In this document: one piece after another, positions 47,680 to 58,104 of the stretch | How positions within the stretch are numbered: the first letter of the stretch is position 1 | How the letters are laid out: the number at the start of each line of letters is the position of its first letter | Assembly (NCBI GenBank): GCA_902619495.1 | Contig: CACNEM010000003.1 | Location: 48,854 to 112,853 of the forward strand | Source of the DNA: an uncultured Pelagibacteraceae bacterium | GTDB lineage: Bacteria; Pseudomonadota; Alphaproteobacteria; Pelagibacterales; Pelagibacteraceae | Direction: 5' to 3' | DNA length: 64,000 nucleotides | Translations under genes and position numbers: made by a program | The notes under the pieces: model-generated | Seen by the model: the letters and a program-made list of their open reading frames with translations, nothing else | Told to the model about the DNA's origin: nothing | Database searches by the model: none

Positions 47680-49056
47680 ATGAATTTAATACTTGTAACT
47701 TTTATTATTCTCTTAGCTTTCACAAGTTATTATTTCGGTAGAAAAAAAGCTCTAGTTATTCAATCATCACAAAGACTTACGGCATTACCAAAATTTTATG
47801 GATATTATTTAGCTGCTTGGTGTGCTGCACCAGCATTAATAATTTTTGCTCTTTGGTCAGTTTTTGAACCATCAATAGTTAAAACATTTATTTTACAAGA
47901 TTACACTGATCAGAACTTAACTAAAAATGAGCTTCAGCTTATTTACACGAAGGTTAAAGCATTAGCCGCAGGAACTTACACGGGAAATATTACTAATTTT
48001 CTAGATGAGTCTGCTAATAAGTACATTCAATTAAAAGGAATAGCTAACAGCGCTAAAGTAGCAATTATTTTAGCAATTTTAATTTTCTCTCTGAGTTTTG
48101 CGTATAGATCTGTTCAGAAAAATGATCGAATGAGAGAACCAGTAGAAATTTTTCTTAAATGGGTGTTATTTGTTGCATCATTAGGCGCAGTTTTAGTTAC
48201 AATCGGAATAGTTTTTTCACTTTTATTCGAAGCGATTAGGTTTTTTCAAGCAGTAAAAATCTTTGACTTTATATTCGGAACTCATTGGTATCCTGCTAAA
48301 ACTTTTGTAAGAGATGGCCAACCAGATCCTGAATTAATGAAGGATGCTTTCGGAGCTGTGCCTTTATTTGCTGGAACTTTTTTTATTGCTTTTATTGCAA
48401 TGTGTGTTGCCATCCCCATAGGTTTGCTGAGTGGGATATATCTATCTGAGTATGCTGGAAGAGGCGTAAGAAAATATGCGAAACCTATTATTGAGATTTT
48501 AGCTGGTATTCCAACAGTGGTATATGGTTTTTTTGCAGCTTTAACCGTCGGTCCTTTTGTTAAAGAAATTGGTAACGCTATGGGTTTACAAGTTTCAGCG
48601 GAGAGCGCTTTAGCTGCAGGAGCAGTTATGGGAGTAATGATAATTCCTTTTATTTCAAGTCTAAGCGATGACGTTATGACGGCAGTACCTCAAAATTTAA
48701 GAGATGGGAGTTACGCAATGGGCGCAACAAAATCTGAAACTGTAAAAAAAGTAATTTTTCCAGCAGCCCTACCTGGTATCGTAGGTTCGATACTTTTAGC
48801 AGTATCGAGAGCGATAGGAGAAACAATGATTGTTGTAATGGCCTCAGGACTAGCGGCTAATCTTACAATGAATCCACTTGAGTCAACTTCTACCATTACA
48901 GCGCAAATTGTAGTAATTTTAATTGGAGACCAACAATTTGGAGATCCAAAAACTCAATCAGCTTTTGCATTAGGAATATCTTTATTTATAGTAACTTTAT
49001 TCTTAAATGTAATCGCTCTTTCAGTTGTTAAAAAATATAGGGAAAAATATGAATAG
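47680..49056 (+). CDS. pstC: phosphate ABC permease
   Basis: LAGIPTVVYG, SRAIGETMIV. Confidence 0.95.
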   Translation: MNLILVTFIILLAFTSYYFGRKKALVIQSSQRLTALPKFYGYYLAAWCAAPALIIFALWSVFEPSIVKTFILQDYTDQNLTKNELQLIYTKVKALAAGTYTGNITNFLDESANKYIQLKGIANSAKVAIILAILIFSLSFAYRSVQKNDRMREPVEIFLKWVLFVASLGAVLVTIGIVFSLLFEAIRFFQAVKIFDFIFGTHWYPAKTFVRDGQPDPELMKDAFGAVPLFAGTFFIAFIAMCVAIPIGLLSGIYLSEYAGRGVRKYAKPIIEILAGIPTVVYGFFAALTVGPFVKEIGNAMGLQVSAESALAAGAVMGVMIIPFISSLSDDVMTAVPQNLRDGSYAMGATKSETVKKVIFPAALPGIVGSILLAVSRAIGETMIVVMASGLAANLTMNPLESTSTITAQIVVILIGDQQFGDPKTQSAFALGISLFIVTLFLNVIALSVVKKYREKYE

Positions 49057-50320
49057 TTTTAAGAAAAATTTATTAAAAAAAAGATATAACGCTGAAAGAA
49101 GATTTCAATGGTATGGCAAAATAGCTATAGGATTAGCTTTAAGCTTTTTAGCAGTTTTTATGTTTCAGATATTTTCAAAAGGTTACTCAGCTTTCCAAAA
49201 AACTTGGATAGTAACAGAAGTTCATTATGATAAAGAATTACTTTTAATCGATGCAGAAAGCCCATCAAAAGATGATTTAGAAAATGCAGACTATTATGAT
49301 GTTGCTTACAAAGCTATGACCTCATTAGATCCTGGACTTCCTGAAGAAGAGGATCGTCAATTGATACAAATGGTTTCGTATAAATATGAGGCAGAGGTTA
49401 AAGATCTACTTTTAAAAAATCCAGACTATCTAGGTAAAATAGTGCCCATAAAATTAACAGCTTCTGATGATGTTGATCAAGTTCATAAGGGAAATTATCC
49501 AAGAGATATTCCTGAGCAGAATAGAAGAGTAAATGATTACCAGTTGCAGATTTACGATATGCTTAATGAAAGAGGAGATATTTTATCAGAGTTTAACATT
49601 AGTTTTTTTACAAGTCCTGATTCAAGAGAGGCAGAACTAGCAGGTATAGCTAGCTCGTTTATGGGAACAGTTTTTAGTATACTAGTATGTTTAGCGTTTT
49701 CATTTCCTGTTGCAGTGTTAGCTGCAATTTATCTCGAGGAATTCGCACCAAAAAATAAATTTACAGATTTTATAGAAGTAAACATTAATAATTTAGCAGC
49801 TGTTCCATCGATAGTATTTGGTTTGCTAGGTCTTGGTGTTTTATTAGCAGTTTTTAATTTACCAAGATCGACACCACTTGTTGGAGGAATTACTTTGTCT
49901 CTTATGACATTACCAACAATAATTATTGCTGCAAGAGCTTCTTTAAAAGCTGTTCCCCCAAGTATAAGAGAAGCTGCTTTAGCGATGGGTGCAAGTAATA
50001 TGCAAACAACCATGCATCATACTGTGCCACTATCAATGCCTGGAACTTTATCTGGAACGATAATTGGCTTGGCTCAAGCTTTAGGGGAAACAGCCCCTTT
50101 AATTTTAATAGGAATGGTTGCTTTTGTGAATACAATACCTGGTACGCCAGTTGATCCTGCTGCAAGTTTACCAGTTCAGATATATATATGGTCAGAAAGT
50201 GCTGAGAGGGGTTTCGTTGAAAAAGTATCTGCATGTATTATGGTGCTTCTAGCTTTTTTAATTTTAATGAATTTGGCAGCTCAAATCGTTAGACACAAAT
50301 TTGAAAAGAAATGGAGTTAA
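49049..50320 (+). CDS. pstA: phosphate ABC permease
   Basis: YLEEFAP, NINNLAAVPSIVFGLLG, GETAPL; ATG 49049. Confidence 0.95.
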   Translation: MNSFKKNLLKKRYNAERRFQWYGKIAIGLALSFLAVFMFQIFSKGYSAFQKTWIVTEVHYDKELLLIDAESPSKDDLENADYYDVAYKAMTSLDPGLPEEEDRQLIQMVSYKYEAEVKDLLLKNPDYLGKIVPIKLTASDDVDQVHKGNYPRDIPEQNRRVNDYQLQIYDMLNERGDILSEFNISFFTSPDSREAELAGIASSFMGTVFSILVCLAFSFPVAVLAAIYLEEFAPKNKFTDFIEVNINNLAAVPSIVFGLLGLGVLLAVFNLPRSTPLVGGITLSLMTLPTIIIAARASLKAVPPSIREAALAMGASNMQTTMHHTVPLSMPGTLSGTIIGLAQALGETAPLILIGMVAFVNTIPGTPVDPAASLPVQIYIWSESAERGFVEKVSACIMVLLAFLILMNLAAQIVRHKFEKKWS

Positions 50321-51076
50321 ATGAGTAAAATAAAAGCGGAAAATGTAAATGTTTATTACGGATCCAAACAGGCATTATTTGACGTCTCTATAGATATAGC
50401 AGAAAAAGAAGTTACAGCTTTAATTGGACCATCTGGGTGTGGAAAGTCTACTTTCTTAAGATGCTTGAACAGGATGAACGACGTCATAGAAATTTGTAGA
50501 GTTGAAGGCAGTATTAAAATGGACAACCTAGAACTGAATTCAAGAAAGTTAGATGTTGTGAGACTTAGGGAGAACGTTGGTATGGTTTTTCAAAAACCCA
50601 ATCCATTCCCTAAAACAATTTATGAAAATGTAGCTTATGGTCCTACTATTCACGGTATTGCACAGAGCAAAGAAGAAATGGATCAAATAGTTGAAACAAG
50701 TTTGAAAAAAGCTGCCTTGTGGAACGAAGTTAAAGATAGACTTGATGAAATCGGAACTGGCTTATCAGGAGGTCAACAGCAACGACTATGTATTGCTAGA
50801 GCTATATCTGTAAGTCCAGAAGTGATTCTTATGGACGAACCATGTTCAGCGCTTGACCCAATAGCAACAGCTCAAATTGAAGAACTTATAGATGATCTTA
50901 AAAAAGAGGTCACAATTGTGATAGTTACCCACTCAATGTCACAAGCAGCTAGGGTATCTCAAAAAACAGGTTTCTTTCATTTGGGAAAACTTATAGAATT
51001 TGGACCAACAGATAAAATATTTAAAAATCCTGATAATCAGCAAACTCAGGATTATATTACAGGAAGGTTTGGTTAA
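50321..51076 (+). CDS. pstB: phosphate ABC ATP-binding protein
   Basis: [32 protein letters not shown]. Confidence 0.97.
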   Translation: MSKIKAENVNVYYGSKQALFDVSIDIAEKEVTALIGPSGCGKSTFLRCLNRMNDVIEICRVEGSIKMDNLELNSRKLDVVRLRENVGMVFQKPNPFPKTIYENVAYGPTIHGIAQSKEEMDQIVETSLKKAALWNEVKDRLDEIGTGLSGGQQQRLCIARAISVSPEVILMDEPCSALDPIATAQIEELIDDLKKEVTIVIVTHSMSQAARVSQKTGFFHLGKLIEFGPTDKIFKNPDNQQTQDYITGRFG

Positions 51077-51756
51077 TGAGTGAAAAACCGCACATTGTAA
51101 AATCTTACGAAGAGCAACTTCAGTTATTAAAAGATACAATAGTGAAAATGGGAACTGGAGTTGAGAAACAGCTTGAAAACACTATTCAATCTTTAGTTAA
51201 AAAAGACATTAGTTTAGCAGAAAAATCTATCAAAGATGACGAATTGACTGATAAGTATGAAATAAATATAGAAGAGCAAGTTGTAAATTTGATTGCCTTA
51301 AGGCAACCTATGGCAATAGATTTAAGAGAAACAGTTGTTGCCTTAAAAGTTTCTTCAGACTTAGAGAGAATTGGTGATTTAGCAAAAAACATCTCAAAAC
51401 GATTAACTAAAATTGGAACTGATTTACCTAATGATATTACTAAAAATTTCGAAATAGCTGGTTTAAAAGCATCAAAACAAGTCAATGCAGTTTTAAATTC
51501 GTATTTACATAGAGCTAAAGATACAGCAGAAAATGTTTGGAATTCTGATGAAGAAATAGATCAAATGACTAATTCTAATATGGAAGCTGCAGTAAAGCAT
51601 TTAGAAAAAAATAAAAACGATGTACAAAAAGTAACCCAACTACTTTTCATGCTTAAAAATATTGAGAGGATTGGAGATCACGCAACCAATATTGCAGAGC
51701 AAGTTTATTTTCTGATTACAGGAGATTATTTAGAGGGAGACCGACCAAAAGGATAA
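51076..51756 (+). CDS. phoU: phosphate signalling protein
   Basis: RQPMA.DLR, DLERIGD, ERIGDHATNIAE. Confidence 0.95.
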   Translation: MSEKPHIVKSYEEQLQLLKDTIVKMGTGVEKQLENTIQSLVKKDISLAEKSIKDDELTDKYEINIEEQVVNLIALRQPMAIDLRETVVALKVSSDLERIGDLAKNISKRLTKIGTDLPNDITKNFEIAGLKASKQVNAVLNSYLHRAKDTAENVWNSDEEIDQMTNSNMEAAVKHLEKNKNDVQKVTQLLFMLKNIERIGDHATNIAEQVYFLITGDYLEGDRPKG

Positions 51757-52439
51757 TGAGGGCAAATTTATTCATTGTTGAAGATGAAATACCCATCGTA
51801 ACTTTACTTAAATACAATTTAGAAAAAGAGGGTCACAAAGTTGATTATGCAGTCAATGGAGAAGACGCTATTAGAAATATAAAGGAAAAAAATCCTGATT
51901 TAATTTTATTAGATTGGATGTTGCCAGATATTTCAGGTGTTGAAGTCTGTAAAAATTTGAAAAGAAGCAATCTTCACAAAAATATCCCAATCATTATGTT
52001 AACAGCCAAAGGTGAGGAAGAAGACAAACTTAAAGGATTTGAAACAGGAGCTGATGACTACGTAACTAAGCCATTCAGTCAAAAAGAACTTATTGCAAGA
52101 GTTAACGCTTTATTAAAGAGATCTAAACCAAGTGTTGCCGCTGATGTTGTAGTATTTGAGGATCTTAAAGTAGATAGAGTTCAACGAAGAGTTTATAGAG
52201 CAGATAAACAAGTTATAGTCGGCCCAACCGAATTTAAACTAATTGATTTTTTAATAAAGAATCCAAAAAGAGTATATTCGCGTGAGCAACTTCTAAATTC
52301 TGTATGGGGAGATGATATTTATGTTGAGTCCAGAACTATAGATGTTCATATAAGAAGACTAAGAAAAGCAATAAATATTGATGGCAAGAAAGATCTTATC
52401 AGAACAGTAAGATCTGCTGGCTATTCCTTAGATGTTTGA
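51756..52439 (+). CDS. phoB: phosphate regulon response regulator
   Basis: LLDWMLP, GADDYVTKPFS, GPTEFKL, RTIDVHIRRLRK. Confidence 0.95.
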   Translation: MRANLFIVEDEIPIVTLLKYNLEKEGHKVDYAVNGEDAIRNIKEKNPDLILLDWMLPDISGVEVCKNLKRSNLHKNIPIIMLTAKGEEEDKLKGFETGADDYVTKPFSQKELIARVNALLKRSKPSVAADVVVFEDLKVDRVQRRVYRADKQVIVGPTEFKLIDFLIKNPKRVYSREQLLNSVWGDDIYVESRTIDVHIRRLRKAINIDGKKDLIRTVRSAGYSLDV

Positions 52440-52945
52440 AGATCTTTTGGCTTTATAAATGATATTAATTTTCCTTTAACTTTTGATAACTTTTCCCAAT
52501 CATTGAAATTAAAACTTACTTCAGCAACGGCTGCAGTAGGAAATTTTCTTTTTAAATTTTCAAATTGTTCGGAGTTTTCTTTAAGACAGATTCGATTTAT
52601 GAGTTCACTAATTGAAGGTTCATGATTGATTAAAAGTAAAGTTTTATAATTATCAACTGTTTGTTTTAAGATATGAATAATTTCATCCTCACTAGCATGA
52701 TAAAGCGCTTTTTTTTTAATAATTTTCTTAAAACTGATTTTTTCTGACAATATATTTAATGTTTGTATTGTCCTTTTTGAGGATGAGCAATAAACTAAAT
52801 CAAATTTTAACTTCTTTTTAATAAAAAATTCACAAATTAATTTTGCTGAATTTTCCCCTCTTTTATTCAATGGCCTGTCATGATCATCTAAATCTGGAAA
52901 ATCCCAACTAGATTTAGCATGTCTCATCGCATATAATTTAAACAT
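52421..52945 (-). CDS. sixA: histidine phosphatase, SixA family
   Basis: RHAKSSW, D.DRPL..RG, SS..RT.QT, NHEP, FPTAA. Confidence 0.85.
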   Translation of the reverse strand: MFKLYAMRHAKSSWDFPDLDDHDRPLNKRGENSAKLICEFFIKKKLKFDLVYCSSSKRTIQTLNILSEKISFKKIIKKKALYHASEDEIIHILKQTVDNYKTLLLINHEPSISELINRICLKENSEQFENLKRKFPTAAVAEVSFNFNDWEKLSKVKGKLISFIKPKDLQTSKE

Positions 52946-52967
52946 ATTTTTAATTTAACATTTAAAT

Positions 52968-55094
52968 ATGTCGAAAGCATCATTTTCAGAAAACGCTAAT
53001 ATTAGCAATCAACTCATAAACAGAGAATTATCTTGGCTTCAGTTTAATGATCGTGTTTTAGAAGAATCAAAAGATAAAACAAATCCTCTATTTGAAAGAG
53101 TAAAATTTTTATCAATCGCAGGTACAAATTTAGATGAATTTTTTATGGTAAGAGTCGCTGGACTTTTTAATCAAATTAAAGATGGTTTTGACGAATTAAG
53201 CGCAGATGGATTAACTGCAGAGGATCAATTGAATAGGGTCGTATTAAAAACTAAAGATCTATTAAAGAAGCAAAACGAAGCATTCCTAGAGTTGAAAAAA
53301 GAGCTATCGAAAGAAAAAATTTTCATTCGAAAAATGTCAGAACTAAATAAGAAGGATCTTATGTATCTAAGAGAATATTTTCAGGAAACAATTTATCCTA
53401 TAATAACACCTACTGCCATTGACCCATCACATCCCTTTCCTTTTATACCAAATAAAGGCCAAGCAATTTTACTAAGAATGACTAGAATAAAAAAAAAAAG
53501 AGAACTAAATGCAATTATAGTTATACCAAGAGCACTTCCAAAATTTGTATCTCTAAACAATTCTGAAACAATAAATGAATTTGTCACAATTGATGACGTA
53601 ATTTGTAAATTTGCTAATGAAATATTTCCAGACCATAATATCGAGGCAAGTTTGCAGTTTAAAATAATTAGAGACAGCGAAATTGAAATAGATGATGAAG
53701 CTGCTGATCTTGTGAGATATTTTGAAAAAGCAATTAAGAAAAGAAGAAGGGGAAACGTAGTTAAACTCGAAGTAATCACTAATTCAAACAAAAAACTTTT
53801 AAATTTTATTTCAAAAAAATTTAAAATGGATGAAGATCATATTTATGAGGTTGAAGGATTGGTTGGAATACAAGATATAGATGAAATTTGTAAAAAGAAA
53901 GATCCAAAGCTGAGATTTAAAAAGTTTAATCCTAGAGAAGTTGAAAGATTGAAGGAATTTGATGATAAATTTTTTTCAGCTATAAGAAGTAAAGATTTTG
54001 TTGTACACCACCCTTTTGAAACTTTTGATGTAGTAATTCAATTTTTAGAAGCTGCAGCAAAAGATCCCAAAGTTATCGGTATCAAACAAACTTTGTATCG
54101 AACCACACCTGACTCTCCTATCGTAAAAGCACTAAGTAGAGCAGCAGAAAACGGAAAAGTTGTTACAGCCGTAATAGAAATAAAAGCTCGATTTGATGAG
54201 GAAGCTAATATTGAATTATCTAGGAAACTAGAGAAAGCTGGCGTTCAAATTGTTTACGGATTTGCAAAATATAAAACGCATGCAAAGGCAAGTTTAGTTT
54301 TAAGAAAAGAAGGAGCTAAAACGCGAAGCTATGTTCACTTAGGTACAGGAAACTATCATCCAATTAACGCAAAAATTTATACTGACTTATCACTGTTTAG
54401 CTCTAATCAAGACTTGGCCAAAGATGTCGAAAAATTTTTCAATTATGTAACTGGTTATGCAAAACCAAAAAAATTGAATAAAATTTTTATGTCTCCATTA
54501 AATAGCAGGAATTTTTTTGAAGAAAAAATTGAAAATGAAATTGTAAATGCAAGTAAAGGAAAACCTGCAGAAATATGGGCAAAAATGAATTCTCTTGTAG
54601 ACCCTGGAATTATTAAGAAATTTTATGAAGCTTCAAACGCAGGAGTAAAAATAAATTTATCAGTAAGAGGAGTGTGTTGCTTAAGACCTGGAATTAAAGG
54701 TCAATCTGAAAATATAAAAGTAAAAAGCCTTATTGGCAGATTTTTAGAACACTCAAGAATTTATTGTTTTGCAAATGGTAGTTCTATGCCCTCTCGAGAG
54801 AATCAGGTATATATTTCATCTGCAGATTTAATGCCTAGAAATTTAGATAGAAGAATTGAAATTATAATTCCGATAGAAAACAATACTGTGCATGAGCAAA
54901 TTTTAGATCAAATTATGTTAGCTAACTTTAAAGATAAATCAGAAACATGGTATTTAGATAGTTTGGGAAACTATCATAAAGAACAAGAAAAAGGCTTTTC
55001 CGCACATTCCTATTTCATGAAGAACCCAAGTTTATCAGGTCGTGGTAAGTCAATTTTAAGAGCTAAACCTCAAAATTTAAGATTAGTAAAATGA
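52968..55094 (+). CDS. ppk1: polyphosphate kinase 1
   Basis: NRELSWL.FN.RVL, NLDEFFMVRVAG, HHPFE, KARFDE, KTHAK, GRFLEHSR, SADLM.RNLDRR.E. Confidence 0.97.
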   Translation: MSKASFSENANISNQLINRELSWLQFNDRVLEESKDKTNPLFERVKFLSIAGTNLDEFFMVRVAGLFNQIKDGFDELSADGLTAEDQLNRVVLKTKDLLKKQNEAFLELKKELSKEKIFIRKMSELNKKDLMYLREYFQETIYPIITPTAIDPSHPFPFIPNKGQAILLRMTRIKKKRELNAIIVIPRALPKFVSLNNSETINEFVTIDDVICKFANEIFPDHNIEASLQFKIIRDSEIEIDDEAADLVRYFEKAIKKRRRGNVVKLEVITNSNKKLLNFISKKFKMDEDHIYEVEGLVGIQDIDEICKKKDPKLRFKKFNPREVERLKEFDDKFFSAIRSKDFVVHHPFETFDVVIQFLEAAAKDPKVIGIKQTLYRTTPDSPIVKALSRAAENGKVVTAVIEIKARFDEEANIELSRKLEKAGVQIVYGFAKYKTHAKASLVLRKEGAKTRSYVHLGTGNYHPINAKIYTDLSLFSSNQDLAKDVEKFFNYVTGYAKPKKLNKIFMSPLNSRNFFEEKIENEIVNASKGKPAEIWAKMNSLVDPGIIKKFYEASNAGVKINLSVRGVCCLRPGIKGQSENIKVKSLIGRFLEHSRIYCFANGSSMPSRENQVYISSADLMPRNLDRRIEIIIPIENNTVHEQILDQIMLANFKDKSETWYLDSLGNYHKEQEKGFSAHSYFMKNPSLSGRGKSILRAKPQNLRLVK

Positions 55095-56596
55095 AACCAG
55101 AATTAAAAAATCTTTTTAAATTTCAGTCTAATAAAAAGTCTAAGCAAGCCATAATAGATCTAGGATCAAATTCAGTAAGAATGCTCATATACGATAATTT
55201 TAAAATTTCTCCAATCCCAATCTTTAATGAAAAAGCAGTTTGCAAACTTGGAAAAAATTTAGATAAATCTAAAAAACTAAATCCCGATGGAATTAAAGGT
55301 TCTTTAAAAGTTCTAAATAGATTTAAAGAAATTTTAGATATTTCAGACGCTCAAGATTTAGAAATTATTGCAACAGCAGCTTTTAGAGAGGCCACTGATG
55401 CAAGTGAATTTTTAAGAGAAATTGAAAAAATATTTAATAAAAAACCACTAGTATTATCTGGCGAGGAAGAAGCAAGAACATCAGCAAATGGTGTAATGGT
55501 AGGATTTGATGAAGTAGATGGATTAGTTGCAGATTTAGGAGGTGGAAGTTTAGAACTTGCCAGAGTTTCTAAAAATCAAATTTTTGAAACAACCTCTTTA
55601 CCTCTTGGAGTATTAAGACTTGAAAATAATCCTATTATAAAAAAAAGAAATTTGGGAAAATATGTTAGAAAACTTTTAAGAGATGAAAAATGGCTTTCTA
55701 AAAAGAAATTTAAAAATATTTATTTGGTAGGAGGGACTTGGAGATCATTATTTAAATATCATCTCTTTAAAGAAAAACACCCATTACATATTTTGCATCA
55801 ATATAAACTCTCAAAAGATGTAGCAGTGAAATACTTAAATAGAATTTCAAAATTTAATAAATCATCTTTGAAATCAATGGAATATATTACTAAATCTAGA
55901 ACTCCCTATTTACCTTTTAGCTCTATAATACTAAACAAAATAATTGAAGCAGCAAGCCCCTCAAAAGTTATTTGCTCAATCAGTGGACTGAGAGAGGGAC
56001 ATATGAATACAATTATAAACCAAGGAATGAGCGAGGATGAAATTTTCAAATTAAAAACTGACGGTATATCTTTTAAAAAAGGGGACTATGGAAAGAGTTT
56101 TGAGAAATATTTTAATTTTATTTCACCATTATTTGAAGACAACGAATATTTTAATCGAAGATTACTAACCTTGGCTTGCATCTTAAGTAAAATGGATTGG
56201 GGCCTAGGAGCTTTTCAAAAAGCAGAATTAGTTTTTATGGAAGTGTTAAATACTCCATTACTAAAACTAGAACATAGAGATAGAGTAAAAGTTGCATCAG
56301 CAAGTTTTTGGAGACATTGTGGCTTAAAATATAATCCGAATTATCAGTTTTTATCCTTATTAAATAACAACGAAATTTTATCCTCAAAGCAAGTGGGATC
56401 TGCTTTAAGATTAGCAGAGTCACTCACTAGCATGTCTTCTTTGTTGTTAGATGAATTTAAAATTTATAAAAGAAATAAGACTATTTTTTTGAAAATACCT
56501 AACAATCATAGCGATATTGTCTCAAAACAAGTAACTAAAAGACTTAAAAACCTGGCAAGAGAGATGAATGTCGACTCCAATATCATTTATTCTTGA
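55091..56596 (+). CDS. ppx: exopolyphosphatase Ppx/GppA
   Basis: IDLGSNSVR, ATAAFREA, SGEEEA, DLGGGSLE, GLREG. Confidence 0.92.
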   Translation: MKPELKNLFKFQSNKKSKQAIIDLGSNSVRMLIYDNFKISPIPIFNEKAVCKLGKNLDKSKKLNPDGIKGSLKVLNRFKEILDISDAQDLEIIATAAFREATDASEFLREIEKIFNKKPLVLSGEEEARTSANGVMVGFDEVDGLVADLGGGSLELARVSKNQIFETTSLPLGVLRLENNPIIKKRNLGKYVRKLLRDEKWLSKKKFKNIYLVGGTWRSLFKYHLFKEKHPLHILHQYKLSKDVAVKYLNRISKFNKSSLKSMEYITKSRTPYLPFSSIILNKIIEAASPSKVICSISGLREGHMNTIINQGMSEDEIFKLKTDGISFKKGDYGKSFEKYFNFISPLFEDNEYFNRRLLTLACILSKMDWGLGAFQKAELVFMEVLNTPLLKLEHRDRVKVASASFWRHCGLKYNPNYQFLSLLNNNEILSSKQVGSALRLAESLTSMSSLLLDEFKIYKRNKTIFLKIPNNHSDIVSKQVTKRLKNLAREMNVDSNIIYS

Positions 56597-56697
56597 AAAT
56601 TAATAAATCTTTAACTTAATTTAAATATTTTTTTAGCATTTATATATTATTAACTGATTAAAAGTCTCCCAACTGTGTTGTTAATTAATTAGCCCAT

Positions 56698-56728
56698 CAG
56701 CCCAAGGTATCAATATTTCCTTGGGCTG
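56698..56728. terminator. GC-rich hairpin between convergent ppx and MIP genes
   Basis: CAGCCCAAGG-N11-CCTTGGGCTG. Confidence 0.65.
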
Positions 56729-56736
56729 GCCTCCAA

Positions 56737-57384
56737 TTACAAAATAATTTTTCTGATTAAATAGACAGCCAATATTCCACCAAGCATCTCAGCAATGATA
56801 TAGCTAGGAGTATTTAAGTAATTAATTCCAGTAAATGTGTCTGTAAAAGTTCTTGCGATTGCTACCGCTGGATTTGCAAAAGAAGTTGAAGAGGTAAACC
56901 AATACCCCGCTGTTATAAAAGTAGCTACTGATGAAGCGACCGCAAGTTTGCCGCTCTTTAAAGATCCAAATATCACAAAAATTAATCCAAAAGTTGCAAT
57001 GATCTCAGCTGTAAAAATATTTATTCCAGGTCTAATCTTCTGTGAAAGCTGCAACAAAGGAAGATCAAACATAAAATTTGCTAACATTACCCCTAACATG
57101 CAACCTAAGATTTGAGCAGAGATATAAGTGATAATTAAATTTTTTTTAATCTTGTTGGTAAAATACATTGCTAAAGTAACGACAGGATTGAAATGTGCGC
57201 CGGAGATATCACCGATTGAAGTAATCAGAACAAATAATCCTGCGCCTGTAGCTAAAGTATTCGCTATTAACATTACAGCGATATCATCAGTTAGATTTTG
57301 AGCCATAATACCTGAACCAACAATAATCATGACTAAAAAACAACTTCCTATAAATTCACCAATAAATATCTTTTTACTTTTCAT
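56737..57384 (-). CDS. MIP family channel (AqpS-like, probable arsenite efflux)
   Basis: ISGAHFNPVVT (NPV) and YWFTSSTSFANPAV (NPA); overlaps arsC. Confidence 0.88.
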   Translation of the reverse strand: MKSKKIFIGEFIGSCFLVMIIVGSGIMAQNLTDDIAVMLIANTLATGAGLFVLITSIGDISGAHFNPVVTLAMYFTNKIKKNLIITYISAQILGCMLGVMLANFMFDLPLLQLSQKIRPGINIFTAEIIATFGLIFVIFGSLKSGKLAVASSVATFITAGYWFTSSTSFANPAVAIARTFTDTFTGINYLNTPSYIIAEMLGGILAVYLIRKIIL

Positions 57385-57817
57385 TTTTTACCCAATGTTT
57401 AATTTTTTCATTAATTATATTATAAGTTTCTTCAGCTATTAAATTTATTTTATCTTTATTTTTAGTTTTTTTAATTTTTTCAACAGGGTCCGCGATGTCC
57501 CAGTGCGTAATGGTCTTTTTTTTGGGCCATACAGGACAAACTTCTTTATTGGCGTTATTACAAACTGTAATCACGTAATCAATATCAATATCATTTTTTA
57601 AAAATTCATCAAAATTTTTCGAATAATACGTGGCTAAATTAAATTTTTTTCCTTCAAGATACTCTTTAATGTAGGGATTGATTTTCCCTGAAGGATTACT
57701 TCCAGCACTAAATGCGATGAATTGATTTCGGAAATTATTGTTTACAATACTTTCCGCTATTATGCTTCTTGCAGAGTTTCCAGTACAAACAAATAATATT
57801 GTTTTTATTTTCCTCAT
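57374..57817 (-). CDS. arsC: LMW-PTP family arsenate reductase
   Basis: LFVCTGNSARS, SAGS, ITVC...E.CP.WP, HW.I.DP. Confidence 0.88.
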   Translation of the reverse strand: MRKIKTILFVCTGNSARSIIAESIVNNNFRNQFIAFSAGSNPSGKINPYIKEYLEGKKFNLATYYSKNFDEFLKNDIDIDYVITVCNNANKEVCPVWPKKKTITHWDIADPVEKIKKTKNKDKINLIAEETYNIINEKIKHWVKNEK

Positions 57818-57843
57818 AAAAAATGTATTGAAGTGTCCCGAAC

Positions 57844-58071
57844 TTACGGAACCAAAATTTGATAAAAACCAATAATAAATAATGGAATCTGTAACCCAAA
57901 ATTGGTTAATATTGCTTTATCCTTAGAAATAAAACCTGCAATAGTCCAACCAACAACTCCCGCTCCATGAAACATTATATTTATTGGATACATATTCAAA
58001 TTTGTTAATAAAATACCTGTAAGTACTAAAAAAGTACTTAACCATTTAAGGTATTTTTTAATAAACTTCAT
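57844..58071 (-). CDS. small membrane protein
   Basis: 3 TM, YP.NI motif. Confidence 0.7.
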   Translation of the reverse strand: MKFIKKYLKWLSTFLVLTGILLTNLNMYPINIMFHGAGVVGWTIAGFISKDKAILTNFGLQIPLFIIGFYQILVP

Positions 58072-58104
58072 AGTCAATTATATGATTGTAATGTTAAAGT
58101 TTTG

